Shown here piece after piece: positions 1 to 11,016 of a stretch of DNA of 64,000 bases (position 1 is its first letter; each line of letters begins with the position of its first letter). Source of the stretch: Hydrolagus affinis. Its lineage: Eukaryota. The position numbers and the translations under genes are program-made. The stretch is taken from contig JAAILG010000714.1 in NCBI GenBank assembly GCA_012026655.1, positions 1-64,000 on the forward strand, in the 5' to 3' direction. The notes under the pieces were generated by a model. That model saw nothing but the letters and a program-made list of their open reading frames with translations. It was not told the DNA's origin and ran no database searches.

Positions 1-208
1 GATCCTCTGGAGGATGGGGAGCCAGTGGAGACGGGGCGAGGGTGGGGGTTATATGGTCGCGGAGGTGAGTGCGGGATAATACACTGGCTGCAGAGTTTTG
101 GATGACCTGCAGCCTGTGAATGGAGGAACTGGGGAGGCCGACGAGGAGAGAGTTGCCATAGTCCAGCCTTGAGGTGATGTACGCGTGCACGAGTGTTTCG
201 GCAGCCTT
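1..208 (-). mobile_element. L2-clade LINE ORF2 fragment
   Basis: Minus-strand translation [54 protein letters not shown] matches the L2 post-RT motif (SRLDYCNSLL..GLP....LQ..QN.AAR...DHITP). Confidence 0.9.
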
Positions 209-2361
209 TCATACTGGGCTTTTAGTCTTGATTCATGGTGAACATCTAATGTAAATCCAGTTTGCAGCATGCACTTGCCGATCTGAGCTCCTGATAAGAG
301 GCTGGTTTGGGGAAGAAAGCGTTCGGTTGTAGCTTAAATACAAGTGATGAGTTGGTAAGGTTTGGTATTCAATGTCCTACCAGGCCTAAATTGCATCATA
401 AGCACAGCAACCCGTCCCTGCGCACTAAATCACGATAGAAGTAACACATGTCCTCTGTTTGCTTCTGCTTCTTCCCAAATAATAAAACGATTTGCCAAAC
501 AATTCATTCCTGAACACTGTGTCCCTTTACCAGAATACTGCCATCCCATGGGCAAGGAATTATAATAATTGCTCGAAATTGTTTAATCTGCTGCCTGTAG
601 CGCAGTTAATCTCCAAACTGGCAGAGATCGTTTTCAGCTTCACTATTTGTGAAGAGCTTAAAGTCAGGTTGTAGTCTGGACGGCAGCAACGCGGGCAGAG
701 GACGAGAGGGTCAGACTGTCAATCCTACCAAGTGAAGGAGAACGAATACAGAGGAAGGGGGTTCATGCTACGAGTTAAAACACCCCTTTTTGTACAATCA
801 GACGCATCATTTCCTCACCTCAGATGACCCTCTCAATGTATTTACTGTGTGTTCTGAATCACATAGCAACACCTCAATGTGCTGGGTGAGAGTTGGGGCT
901 CGAAGAGTTTGGCTTCAAACCCAATTCAGCCCTTCACCTTGCTGAGGCTGATAAATTGAGAACTGCTTAGATGTGTGACATGAAGCCTGGTTCCTATTAT
1001 CCCCAAAGCAAAATTCCATGGCAACCTCCTTTTGATTTTGGAACAAGATGCTTTTCAAAAAATGTAGACTGAATTATGAAGCAGTTACCTCACTCCGCAC
1101 TGAGTACCTCAGTACTTGAACCTTGTTCAAGTTTTTCCTTCGCACCAGAAGTGACAGGGATGAGGAACCTGCTTGAGAAGCACTTCCTCGCACGATCAGA
1201 AAAGTCATAACATTAACCCCTTTCTCCTTCCTCAAACAATTGATGTTGACTGAGGATCGCACATTCCCATCCCATCAGAACAACAAAGCCCTTTGCGATT
1301 TAAAATGAGATGATCACTTTTAGAATAAATCAGCACTTTGCATAACCTTCGAAAATCCATGCCAGAGCGTAAAATTGACTCCCAACACAGAATCCCTGGA
1401 AATGGATACATCTTCACTAAAGGAATGGAAACTGTCACTTCACATCAGTGCTCAGGGAGAGAAAAAAAAATGCAGGATTTCGTAGGCTCACCGTCAAATG
1501 TTGCACTTAGAAACTGGATAGAAAGGAATGAAAGGAGGAATGTCAAATATTATAATCTATGGAAAGAAACGGACCAAAATAGACTGTAAAAGTACAATTA
1601 GACATATTTGATTCAAGGTCATGTAACCACATCTGGCGATTATCGGGCCAAGAAAATCCTTCAGTCTGCACCTGAGGCAAACAAAGGGGGAGATTAACCT
1701 TCTTATACAGGCAACCAGTGTCTGAATATGGAACAAAGCCATCCGCCCTTTTGACATTTTAGATAGACTCAAGAATCTGACTTGGAACAGTTTGGAAAAG
1801 CAAACAGTTCTTACTCCAGTTTTTCTGCCTGTTGTAGAGACACGACCTCATGTAGGATATAGTTCTTCTCTACAATCCTCAGTCCTGCTCTTGAGAGACC
1901 ATTCAACTGTGCCCATGTATGTTTTTCATCAGGGATTACTGGGCAGTGAACAGCCTGGAGTGGAAACTCTTGGCTAATTTGAACTCTTACCCAACCCAGG
2001 GAATCTGAGGCCAGTTGTAGTGTGTATATTATTATAGCACTGTTACTAACCACGGGGCGATCAAAACGCACAACAGAAACTGCTCAAACCCAGGACCTTC
2101 TGGTGTATCTAGGTACATTATCCACAGAGCCAATTGGAAAAGCAAGCTGCATCTATGGTGACATTTAAAGAAAGAAAAAGGTGCAGGTCAAGTATTGATA
2201 TTTACTGAACATTTGGACAATGTGAATCTCTCGAGCCAAAGGAGAAATCGCCAGCCTGCGTAGCTTCCCATTATTCGCTTGTCCTTCCATCCCAGTGTGA
2301 CATATGCCTTACAGACCACCTGAAACCTTATAGCTAAAGGAATCCACCAATTAATCCAACG

Positions 2362-2700
2362 GGGATTCCTGTAGCTCATTGGATAGAGCACTCGCCTTGC
2401 AACAACAACAACTTTGATCTATCGAAACGTCGCAGAGCGCTTCAAAGCGAGAGACCTGTGTTCGAATCCAGGCAGGTCAGGGTGAAACCTTGGACAAGTA
2501 TCTTTAATCCACACACCTAATAATAATCCGTTCCCCGCAAAAAAAATTGGTCATTTCAATCCACGACTGTTTGTGGGACACTGCTGTGCGTAATGAGCTG
2601 GCGCGTTTCGCCCACAAATACAGTCAATTCACTTTACAATATATTCTGTGAAGCGCTTTGAGATGTCTAGAAGATATAAAAAACACTATCAAATATAATA
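2362..2700 (+). mobile_element. tRNA-derived SINE, full length, with a ~43-nt insertion in the head
   Basis: A box TAGCTCATTGG, B box GTTCGAATCC, family body (ccacgactgtttgtgggacactgctgtgcg) and AAGCGCTTTGAG tail. Confidence 0.85.
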
Positions 2701-2854
2701 ATAGTATTTTATCAACAACTTAAAGCGCTTTGCTGAATATGCAAGGATTATTGTTATTAATAACAATTTTGATTGAACAAGGTACAGCAGATATCCTAAA
2801 TAACTCATTTGCAACCAAATTATCAAAGGGAACAAACTATAATAATAATCCTTC

Positions 2855-2995
2855 CAAAAACGTAAAATACTGCAGATGCTGGAAATCTGAAACAAAAACA
2901 GAAATCGCTGGGAACACTCAACAGGTCAGGCAGCATCTATGGAGAAAGGAAATGTGAGTCAACGTTTCGGGTTCATGTCCCTTCGTCAGACCCAT
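2855..2995 (-). mobile_element. Penelope-like element terminal repeat (pLTR-type) remnant with hammerhead core
   Basis: Minus strand reads CTGACGAAGGG...CCCGAAACGTTGACTC...GATGCTGCCTGACCTGTTGAG...CAGATTTCCAGCATCTGCAGTATTTT, resembling an abundant chondrichthyan Penelope-associated repeat. Related copies at 23713-23830 and 24567-24713. Confidence 0.7.
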
Positions 2996-2999
2996 CAGA

Positions 3000-3142
3000 A
3001 TAATCCTTGCATTCGATATAGTGCTTTCTACATCTTCTGGACACCTCAAAGCGCTTCACAGAATATACTGTAAAGTGAATTGACTGCATATTGACTGTGG
3101 GTGAAACGCGGCAGCCAATTGCGCACAGCAGAGTCCCACAAA
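3000..3142 (-). mobile_element. SINE 3' half
   Basis: Reverse complement of the family body and tail (taatccttgcattcgatatagtgctttc...aagcgcttcacagaatatactgtaaagtgaattgac). Confidence 0.8.
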
Positions 3143-4914
3143 TATGAACTTCCTTTGCAATGCGGAGATAATATTTCTAGGTCCGGAGTGATATCATAGG
3201 AATCTCAAAGGTGACTGCCAGGGAAAGGAGACTGGCAGAGAACACAGTTTTTTTTTGGAACTTTTTTGTTTCTAAATGAACTATGTTTAGAAAAAAAAGA
3301 GAATTGAGTTGATCAAGATTGAACCATGTAACTCATGTTAAACAGAACTCACAGAATAATTGTGTGGCAGCAACTTGACTCTCTGGTGTCATCTAGTGTC
3401 TGCCTGCAGGCATTACAAGTGAAATTCCTAGGAACTCAAACGATTGTTCTCTATTTTGTAAGGATTGGGTCCCTTTTCATCCTATTGACGTCACTAAAAA
3501 AAAACTTACAGATGGAGGTTAAAAAAAAAAGCATCCTTTGTATCTAATTAACCAATAGATACAGAGATTTACAAACTAAAGTCAAATCATGTCATTGCAA
3601 ATCATTGAAGGCAGCAAACTAGAGTCATTTTTCTAACTCGAGTTTTGAAGTCCATTTCCAAGGATCATCAGAGTTTCCCCGCTTAAGCAGCAATTTTTTT
3701 TTAAAAAAAAGCTGTAGTAACCCAGCTATAGCAGACTTTATCGCTGACAGCTTTGGCCGTCACCCATTTTAGATTTCTGTAACTCTTTATTTTCCCACAT
3801 ACACGCACGCGGCTTTCATTGTCAGCCACAAGAGCTAGCCAACCATATGGAATTTGCAAGTAGTCTATTCTATTTACTGCATAACCAGGAGAGTGACAAA
3901 ATATTTTCCATTACATTAGATTGCCAAGTTTCTAAATATTTACTAGCTCTCAAAGTATCACAACATCCAGACAAGATAGCAACAGTTTCATTCATTTCTT
4001 TGGCACATTTGATCACACCCTTCCAGCAGTTGAAGTGGAAAGTCTTAACCCTTATTTGAGATCCAAACCTGAGGACAACATAGTGGATACATTGGATACC
4101 AGACACCTCTACATGTACAAATATTGGCTCCCAAACCTTTCGCACACGTTGTGGAATCGTGTGCAGAATCGGTCGATTATCTAAACGCCCGTTCTTCACA
4201 GGTACTTAACACACAGCATAAGAGGGGACATCTGAGACTAAATCTGAGACTCAATTCTACTTATATTTAATGCTTTCAGCCAAAATACATTTATATTGGA
4301 TTGTGCAATGGCATCAACTAAACCCATTTCCTACTTCACTGACTCATTTCTCTGCACCAGATAAGGTACTATAGCTCAATTATCATTCAATCACAAAAAT
4401 ACTATAGTTTCACAATATCTCAAGCAGCAAGCACTGCCTCCAAGACATTGATCAAAGGAGTTGCTTCTTTGCACCTTCGGGTAATTGAAGAAGTACTGTA
4501 GTTCTCAATTCATTTTTAGAAGTTCATCGATGGTGGTGGTTAATGATGGTCACTGTGGAAATAAACAACTAGGATAAATGGAGCTGAAACTGACAAGTAG
4601 ATTCTTCCAGGTAAAGCAACACTGCAGCTGTAAACGCATCAAGGCCGGTGTAAAGGAGGTTAAGTCCAGGCAGTTTATACAATTGCTGAGGTCTCAGAGG
4701 ATCATGCAAACGGTGCATTGACATAAAGTGGTCATTAATGATAATGGCTTTATTTATTGACCTTTACTCCTGAGTGAAACTAGACCGGCTTGATGTTTAA
4801 GCTAAAAACGGCCAATCTCATTTGTTGAATTTAGATCCATTTTCCAATAACTTAGGATTCCAGATCCATTATCCAGGAACACTAGCTACACCGCTATACA
4901 GCCATAAACAAAAA

Positions 4915-5001
4915 TAAATTGGTCAATTCCATCCATGACTGTTTGTGGGACATTTTTGAGATGTCTAGAAGACATGAAAAGACCTATATCAAATGCAAGG
5001 A

Positions 5002-5035
<34 letters not shown>
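4915..5035 (+). mobile_element. SINE fragment with internal deletion, ending in (TAT)n
   Basis: Family body fused directly to the tail; (TAT)~10 at 5005-5034. Confidence 0.75.
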
Positions 5036-5036
<1 letters not shown>

Positions 5037-5433
5037 AGCAGTATAGTTACATTCTTGGCATGTCTGCACTGGCAACATTTACTGGCCAAAGTTATTTCTT
5101 GTAACTCTAGACTAATATGTTACACTTTCATGTCGAAGGTTGGGGTTTAATATTAAACTATAAACTGCTTACAGCAGTATTTCTTTGTGGTTAATGTGCA
5201 ACAGTTCTACTGGAATCCGACAGCTAATATAAGATTCTGTGCTGATGAATTGGTCTTGAGATAACATGAAGGTATCTGTGCCCAGAAACATGCCCATTCG
5301 TAGTGTTTTTAAATTTAACACCAATTTCTTTCCCTCTCATGCTCCTTCTTCCATCTAATGTGGGGTTATGGTTTGGTCACAAGCCATTACTCACGGGTGA
5401 GCCTTTTTTTTTATGTGTGTGGTCAACAGATTT

Positions 5434-5731
5434 GGATTCCTGCAGCTCAGTGGTTAGAGCGCTCGCCTCAGAAACGAAAGACCTGGGTTCAATTCCAGAC
5501 AGGACGAAATCTTGGGCAAGTTTCTTTACTCCACACGCCTAATCCATTAAAAAAAACTGATAATAAATTGGTCACTCAATCCACGACTGTTTGTGGGACA
5601 CTGCTATGCGTAATTGGCTGCCGGGTTTCACCCACAAATATACAGTCAATTCACTTTACAGTATATTCTGTGAAGTGCTTTGAGACTTTGATAAGACGTG
5701 AAAAGCGCTATATCAAATGCAAGATTATTAA
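5434..5731 (+). mobile_element. tRNA-derived SINE, full length
   Basis: GCTCAGTGGTTAGAGC head, GTTCAATTCC B box, body and tail. Confidence 0.85.
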
Positions 5732-6287
5732 TACTAACAATAATCATTGCATTTGATATCGCGCCCTATCAAACTTCAAGACATCTCAAAGCGTGTCACA
5801 GCATCTACTGTAACGTGGTGTGACTGTGTGTTTTGATGGTAAAATGTAGTAACAAAATTTACATTTGTATACATCTGTAACCCAGCAACCAGTTGCGCAC
5901 AGCAGTGTCCCACACACAGTCGTGGGTTGAGTAACCAAATTATTACTATTGTTATTTTGAACAGATTATTCCCCTAGAAAAGTGAAACAATGACATTTTT
6001 TGTACAGTATTTTACTTTTCCTTCCTCAATTTTCTATGCTCTTCTCTTAGCAGCATTAATTCTTCTTGTTCAAGGTTACTGAGTGATCTCCTGTACCGTA
6101 GCCAAGTCCATATTCTGCTGGATGCTTTTGTAAGGAAAGGATCCCACTCTTGAAATTTAAATTGGGTTTGGAGCTCTGCAGAACGTCAACGATAGAGCAA
6201 TAAGACTTGATGACTTGGGACATCCTCCTGACGTGAAAGGCACCATACAAGTGTACTTTTGTTGTTGTTGTTGTTGTTGTGGAGAAT
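5729..6287 (+). repeat. Left arm of long inverted duplication
   Basis: Reverse complement of 9343-9847, including non-SINE sequence. Confidence 0.9.
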
Positions 6288-6934
6288 GAGACTGAATACA
6301 ATATATTCTGTGAAGCGCCTTAAGGCATCTAGAAGACATGAAAAGCACTATATCAAATGCAAGGATTATTATTATTATTATTATTATTTGACTGGAAAGG
6401 GAAGAAGATTCACAGCTGAGCCCACTTCCATCCCGTCTTCAATTGCCATTACATTTTGATTTACCGCTAACTGTCAGGATTGGAAGATCTTTGATTTGGC
6501 CCTTGGCACCCAACACAAATGCTATAGCCTTCTCACACCTACAAGCAGCCATCATCATGGTTCAATGCCCCCAATTCCTTGTTGCCAATTCTGCTAGCAA
6601 GCAGCTAAAGGGACATTTGAAATAGTGAAATATGGAAGAAGTGTTTAAAAATAACATACACTTATGGTGTGGACTGAAATTCAGTTAAAAACAATCCACT
6701 GAGCATAAAAACAATGATTTTATATTGAAAGTCAACCGTGAATTTTACACAATCCAATTCCCATCCAATGTTTGGTTGCTATACAGTCTTGACTCTGATC
6801 CATGTTGTTCTATTTAATAGAATGATCATCAAGGACAAGTTTATGTCACAGAACTATTTGCATGATCCCCAGAAACCTGAGTCATTTTGGAAATGAGTAT
6901 TTATTTGTAGCAGCACCAGTGATCGTCGATAGTG

Positions 6935-6936
<2 letters not shown>

Positions 6937-6981
<45 letters not shown>

Positions 6982-7160
6982 CTTACATTTATATAGCGCC
7001 TTTCACGTTGAGAGGATGTCCCAAGGCACTATATAAATGTAAGTTTACAGTCAGGTAGGGACAAGAGCAGGTGGTGGGAGGGTTCGGGGCAGGATGAAGG
7101 AGAGTAGGAAAATTGACTGTATATTTGTGGGCGAAACACGGCAGCCAAATTGCACACAAT
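6937..7160 (-). mobile_element. SINE 3' part with alternative L2-type tail and (ATTG)n end
   Basis: Family body joined to a pyrimidine-rich segment and a gccttgggacatcctc...gtgaaaggcgctatataaatgtaag tail; (CAAT)~10 at 6937-6978. Confidence 0.75.
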
Positions 7161-7903
7161 TTGGCAATTGACAATGCGTTGACAATTGCGTATAGTTTAT
7201 ATTTTGACACCCTGCAGGAACTAAATCAAAGGGCACACTTAAAATTAGAAGTGGACCGGAGTTACAAACAGAACGCAGAGAGTGAGAGAGAGAGAGAGAG
7301 TCTTAATTGGAGACAGCCAAGCACTAGGATTGGCACGAGCGCAATTCATGTGATGTGAAGGAAACACATCTGCAATCATTTTGTGGTCATAATTGATCAC
7401 TGGTTGTTAACAATGATCATGTATACGTTGACCTCATTCCACGCGGCGTCTCAACCTTTTTGATCGTAATGGTTCAATTTCCGTTTCCAACTCTGCGGTT
7501 CGATCACCACTAATGAATAGCAGAGGCTTGAAAAACCAGCCCCTTGAAAATTCATGGGAATTCTGGAACGTGCAACGCAAGAGTTTCTCATCATCGCTAG
7601 ATTTACAAACAGGACGGGACTGGCTCTCGCGCTTACTTTAAGGAACCAGTTGCCGCTTGGGTGAATTTTACCTTTCAAAACTAATTTTAAAATGACAGAA
7701 AACTAGATAAGCGCTCCGGGACATTGTCCGGCGTGAAGCTCAGTGTATAAATACAAGTCGCTGTCGTAGATTACACATGTGCACTGTTTGGGGTGTCAAC
7801 CTCCCCTTCCCTTATTTCCCCAGTTGTTTACCATCTGTAGCTGACGGCATGCTGTCAAAAGACCTTGAGTTACAAGATCGGGCTAAACCCTCCTCCTCCT
7901 AGT

Positions 7904-8350
7904 GGCGCTCCTGTAGCTCAGTGGTTAGAGCACTTGCCTTACAAGCCTGCGACCTGTGTTCGAATCCAGGCAGATCAGGGCGAAACTTTGGGCAAGTTTC
8001 CTTACTGCACACACCTAATAATAATCCATTCCCCCAAAAACATAATACTGTACAGTAATAAAAAATTGGTCATTTCAATCCATGACTGATTGTGGGACAA
8101 TCCTGGGCACAATTTGGCTGCCGCATTTCACCCACAAATATACAGTAAATTTTCCTATTCTTCTTCGTCTTGCCCTGACCACTCCCCCACTGCTCTTGTC
8201 CCTACCTAACTGTTCAGCACCTTGGGAAGTCCTCTTGATGTGAAAGGCGTTATATAAATGTAAGTATTGATTGATTGATTCTGTGAAGCGCTTTGAGACA
8301 CCGATAAGATGTGAAAAGCGCTATATCAAATGCAAGGATTATTATTATTA
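7904..8350 (+). mobile_element. tRNA-derived SINE with two stacked tails
   Basis: Head and body, then the alternative tail (8153-8280), then the standard tail (8281-8350). Confidence 0.8.
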
Positions 8351-9342
8351 TCTGCCAGAAACGCCTGGTTGTTGCTTGCCTCCTCACAGTGGCACAAACA
8401 GAATCTCAGGCTGGCTCCCTGGGGAGCTTCAATGTTTAACCCACATCGTATCTCTCTGTGGCAGACTAAATTGGGGTTCCAATGATAGACTATCTCAAAA
8501 TCCAAATCTTAGTCTGAACAGTGAGTTGTGCATTTGCTATATGTTTAAGAGCACTTTGAGATACCGCTAATAATTTAATAAAAAATAATATTGCATTTGC
8601 TACAGCTCCTTATCGCGTCTTCAAGATCCTAATACGTAAATCTGTAAGCAAAGGCAAGGATAATTGCTTGGACTAGAAGGAGAAGCCAATAAAGAGAGTG
8701 ATGCAACTAAACGGAACATTTGGTCAACATAATAAAATAGAATAGCTGCCATGATTGCGGTTATGTCACCAGACACTGAGCTTTTAACACACCAGCAATC
8801 ATCCAGCGATTCTAATCTAAATCATAAAAACGTAATCGTTGTCTCCACCCAGTGGCAATAGTATAGCATTGCGGCAAAGCATTTGATTAAACGCAGTTTC
8901 ACAAAATCGTGACCGAGAGATAGATGGTGCTGCGTTCTCATCCCATATTTGATATAAAAGGCCATTTGACAGAGCTCAACCACTCTTGGAAAGAGTAAGG
9001 TGGCAACTTCAATGAACATAATAAATAATAGTAATCCTTGCATTTGATATAGCACCTTATCGCATCTTCAGGCTGTCTCAAAGTGCTTAACAAAGTGTAG
9101 TGACCGTGTGTTTTGTAGGTGAAACAAATACCAATGCCACCATTGCAGTCAGCAGCAGTGGGTGGCATTTTTTTTATACAGAGCAAATGCTGTGAAGCAC
9201 AGATCATTCCAAGACAAATAATGAGGCAAATGCAGTAAAAAAAATACAAGAAAACTATATTATTTGGATTTGAAATATAGCAAAAGAGATTTGAATTGGA
9301 TTTCTCTACATTTCAATGCCTCTGCACTTCAACTGTGCCCCG

Positions 9343-9847
9343 CAGTCTCCACCACAACAACAACAAAAGTACACTCGTATGGCACCTTTCATGTCAGCAG
9401 GACGTCCTAAGGCATCAAGTCTTACTGCTCTATCGTTGACGTTCTGCAGAGCTCCAAACCCAATTTAAATTTCAAGAGTGGGATCTTTTTCTTACAAAAG
9501 CATCCAGCAGAATATGGACTTGGCTATGGTACAGGAGATCACTCAGTAACCTTGAACAAGAAGAATTAATGCTGCTAAGAGAAGAGCATAGAAAACTGAG
9601 GAAGGAAAAGTGAAACACTGTACAAAACAACTGTCATCGTTTCGCTTTTCTGGGAGGAATAATCTGTTCAAAATAACAATAGTAATAATTCAGTTACTCA
9701 ACTCACGACTGTGTGTGGGACACTGCTGTGCGCAAATGTAAATTTTGTTACTGCATTTTACCATCAAAACACAGTCACACCACCTAACAGTAGATACTGT
9801 GACACGCTTTGAGATGTCTCAAATGCAATGATTATTGTTAGTATTAT
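9343..9847 (-). repeat. Right arm of long inverted duplication
   Basis: Reverse complement of 5729-6287 with two small deletions. Confidence 0.9.
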
Positions 9848-10715
9848 TTAGATATAAAATGATTTTGACAGTCAATGCCAAGAAACAGTTTGTGTTGAAA
9901 GTCCACGTCCCCAGTCTCGTAAGGAAGGTTTGCTTCTGCCCTCTGGCGGTCACTTTGAGCGCTCTCACCTTCCTTACATGCTTCTTGCTTATTTGTGGAT
10001 GGCAGAGAAAATTGAGCCAGTTGATTTGTAATATGCAACCTTTGTTCTAAGTATAAACACAACAGCTGCTGCCTAATGATTTCAAACATGACTGTGGTGA
10101 AAACCTCCATTTTGTGTTGTTATTTCAGTAAAAACTGCCTCACAGCTGAAGACTCTGTAGATTGCAGTTTCGAACGGTGCCCAAAATATGAAAAGTGAAT
10201 ATTCCAAAGCCTTGAAAACCCTTTAAGAATGCAGTGGGTTTACTTCAAGGTTTTAGAAAGGGACAGGCAAGTTCACGTTTCCAAACTTACTTAATTTAAC
10301 TGAGTTATATATCGTCTTTCAACTATTGCCATTATTGTATGAAAATCAATTTAATGATAATAATCCTTGCATTTGATTTAGCGGCTTATCGCGTTATGGA
10401 AGTCAAACAGTTTCCATTAGTTATCTGTCCTCCAATGGCCTCCCCAAGTAAAGGCTCTGATGTACCTGTGAACCATTTCAGACCAGGACGAGGCAGTTTC
10501 AAACCCTCGTCTGTGGGGGGTTAGATGTAGGCAGAGCAGTAGCTGGAGACACTACTGGGGACAGGAGGGAACGGGAGCAAAGTCACTCCATTTGAGATTG
10601 CTATAAATGACTGAGCGTGCTTGGAAAGTAAGGGAAGGATGGCATCCCACTTTAATCACACCATTTGGCATAGATTTGAATCAAATGAATGCCTTGGAAA
10701 ACATGCATAATAACA

Positions 10716-11016
10716 AATAATAATCCTTGCATTTGATATTAGCGCTTTTCGCATCTTCTGGACATCTCAAAGCACTTCACAGAATATACTGTAAAGTGAA
10801 TTGATTGTACATTTGTGGGCGAAACGCAGCAGCCAATTGTAAACAGCAGCGTCCCACATACAGTCGTGGATTGAAATGACCAATTTATTTTGTTGAGGGA
10901 TTATTATTGAGCGTGTGGAGTAAGGAAACTTGCCCAAGGTTTTCACCCTGCCCGGAATTGAACCCAGGTTTCTCACTTGTAAGACGAGTGCTCTAACCAA
11001 TGAGCTAAAGGACTCC
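10716..11016 (-). mobile_element. tRNA-derived SINE, full length
   Basis: Complete head, body and tail on the minus strand. Confidence 0.85.

Noticed and set aside
5358-5756. ORFs ending in ...[11 protein letters not shown] or ISNARIIII (many across the window)
   Set aside because: Translations of the SINE body/tail and its (TAT)n microsatellite.
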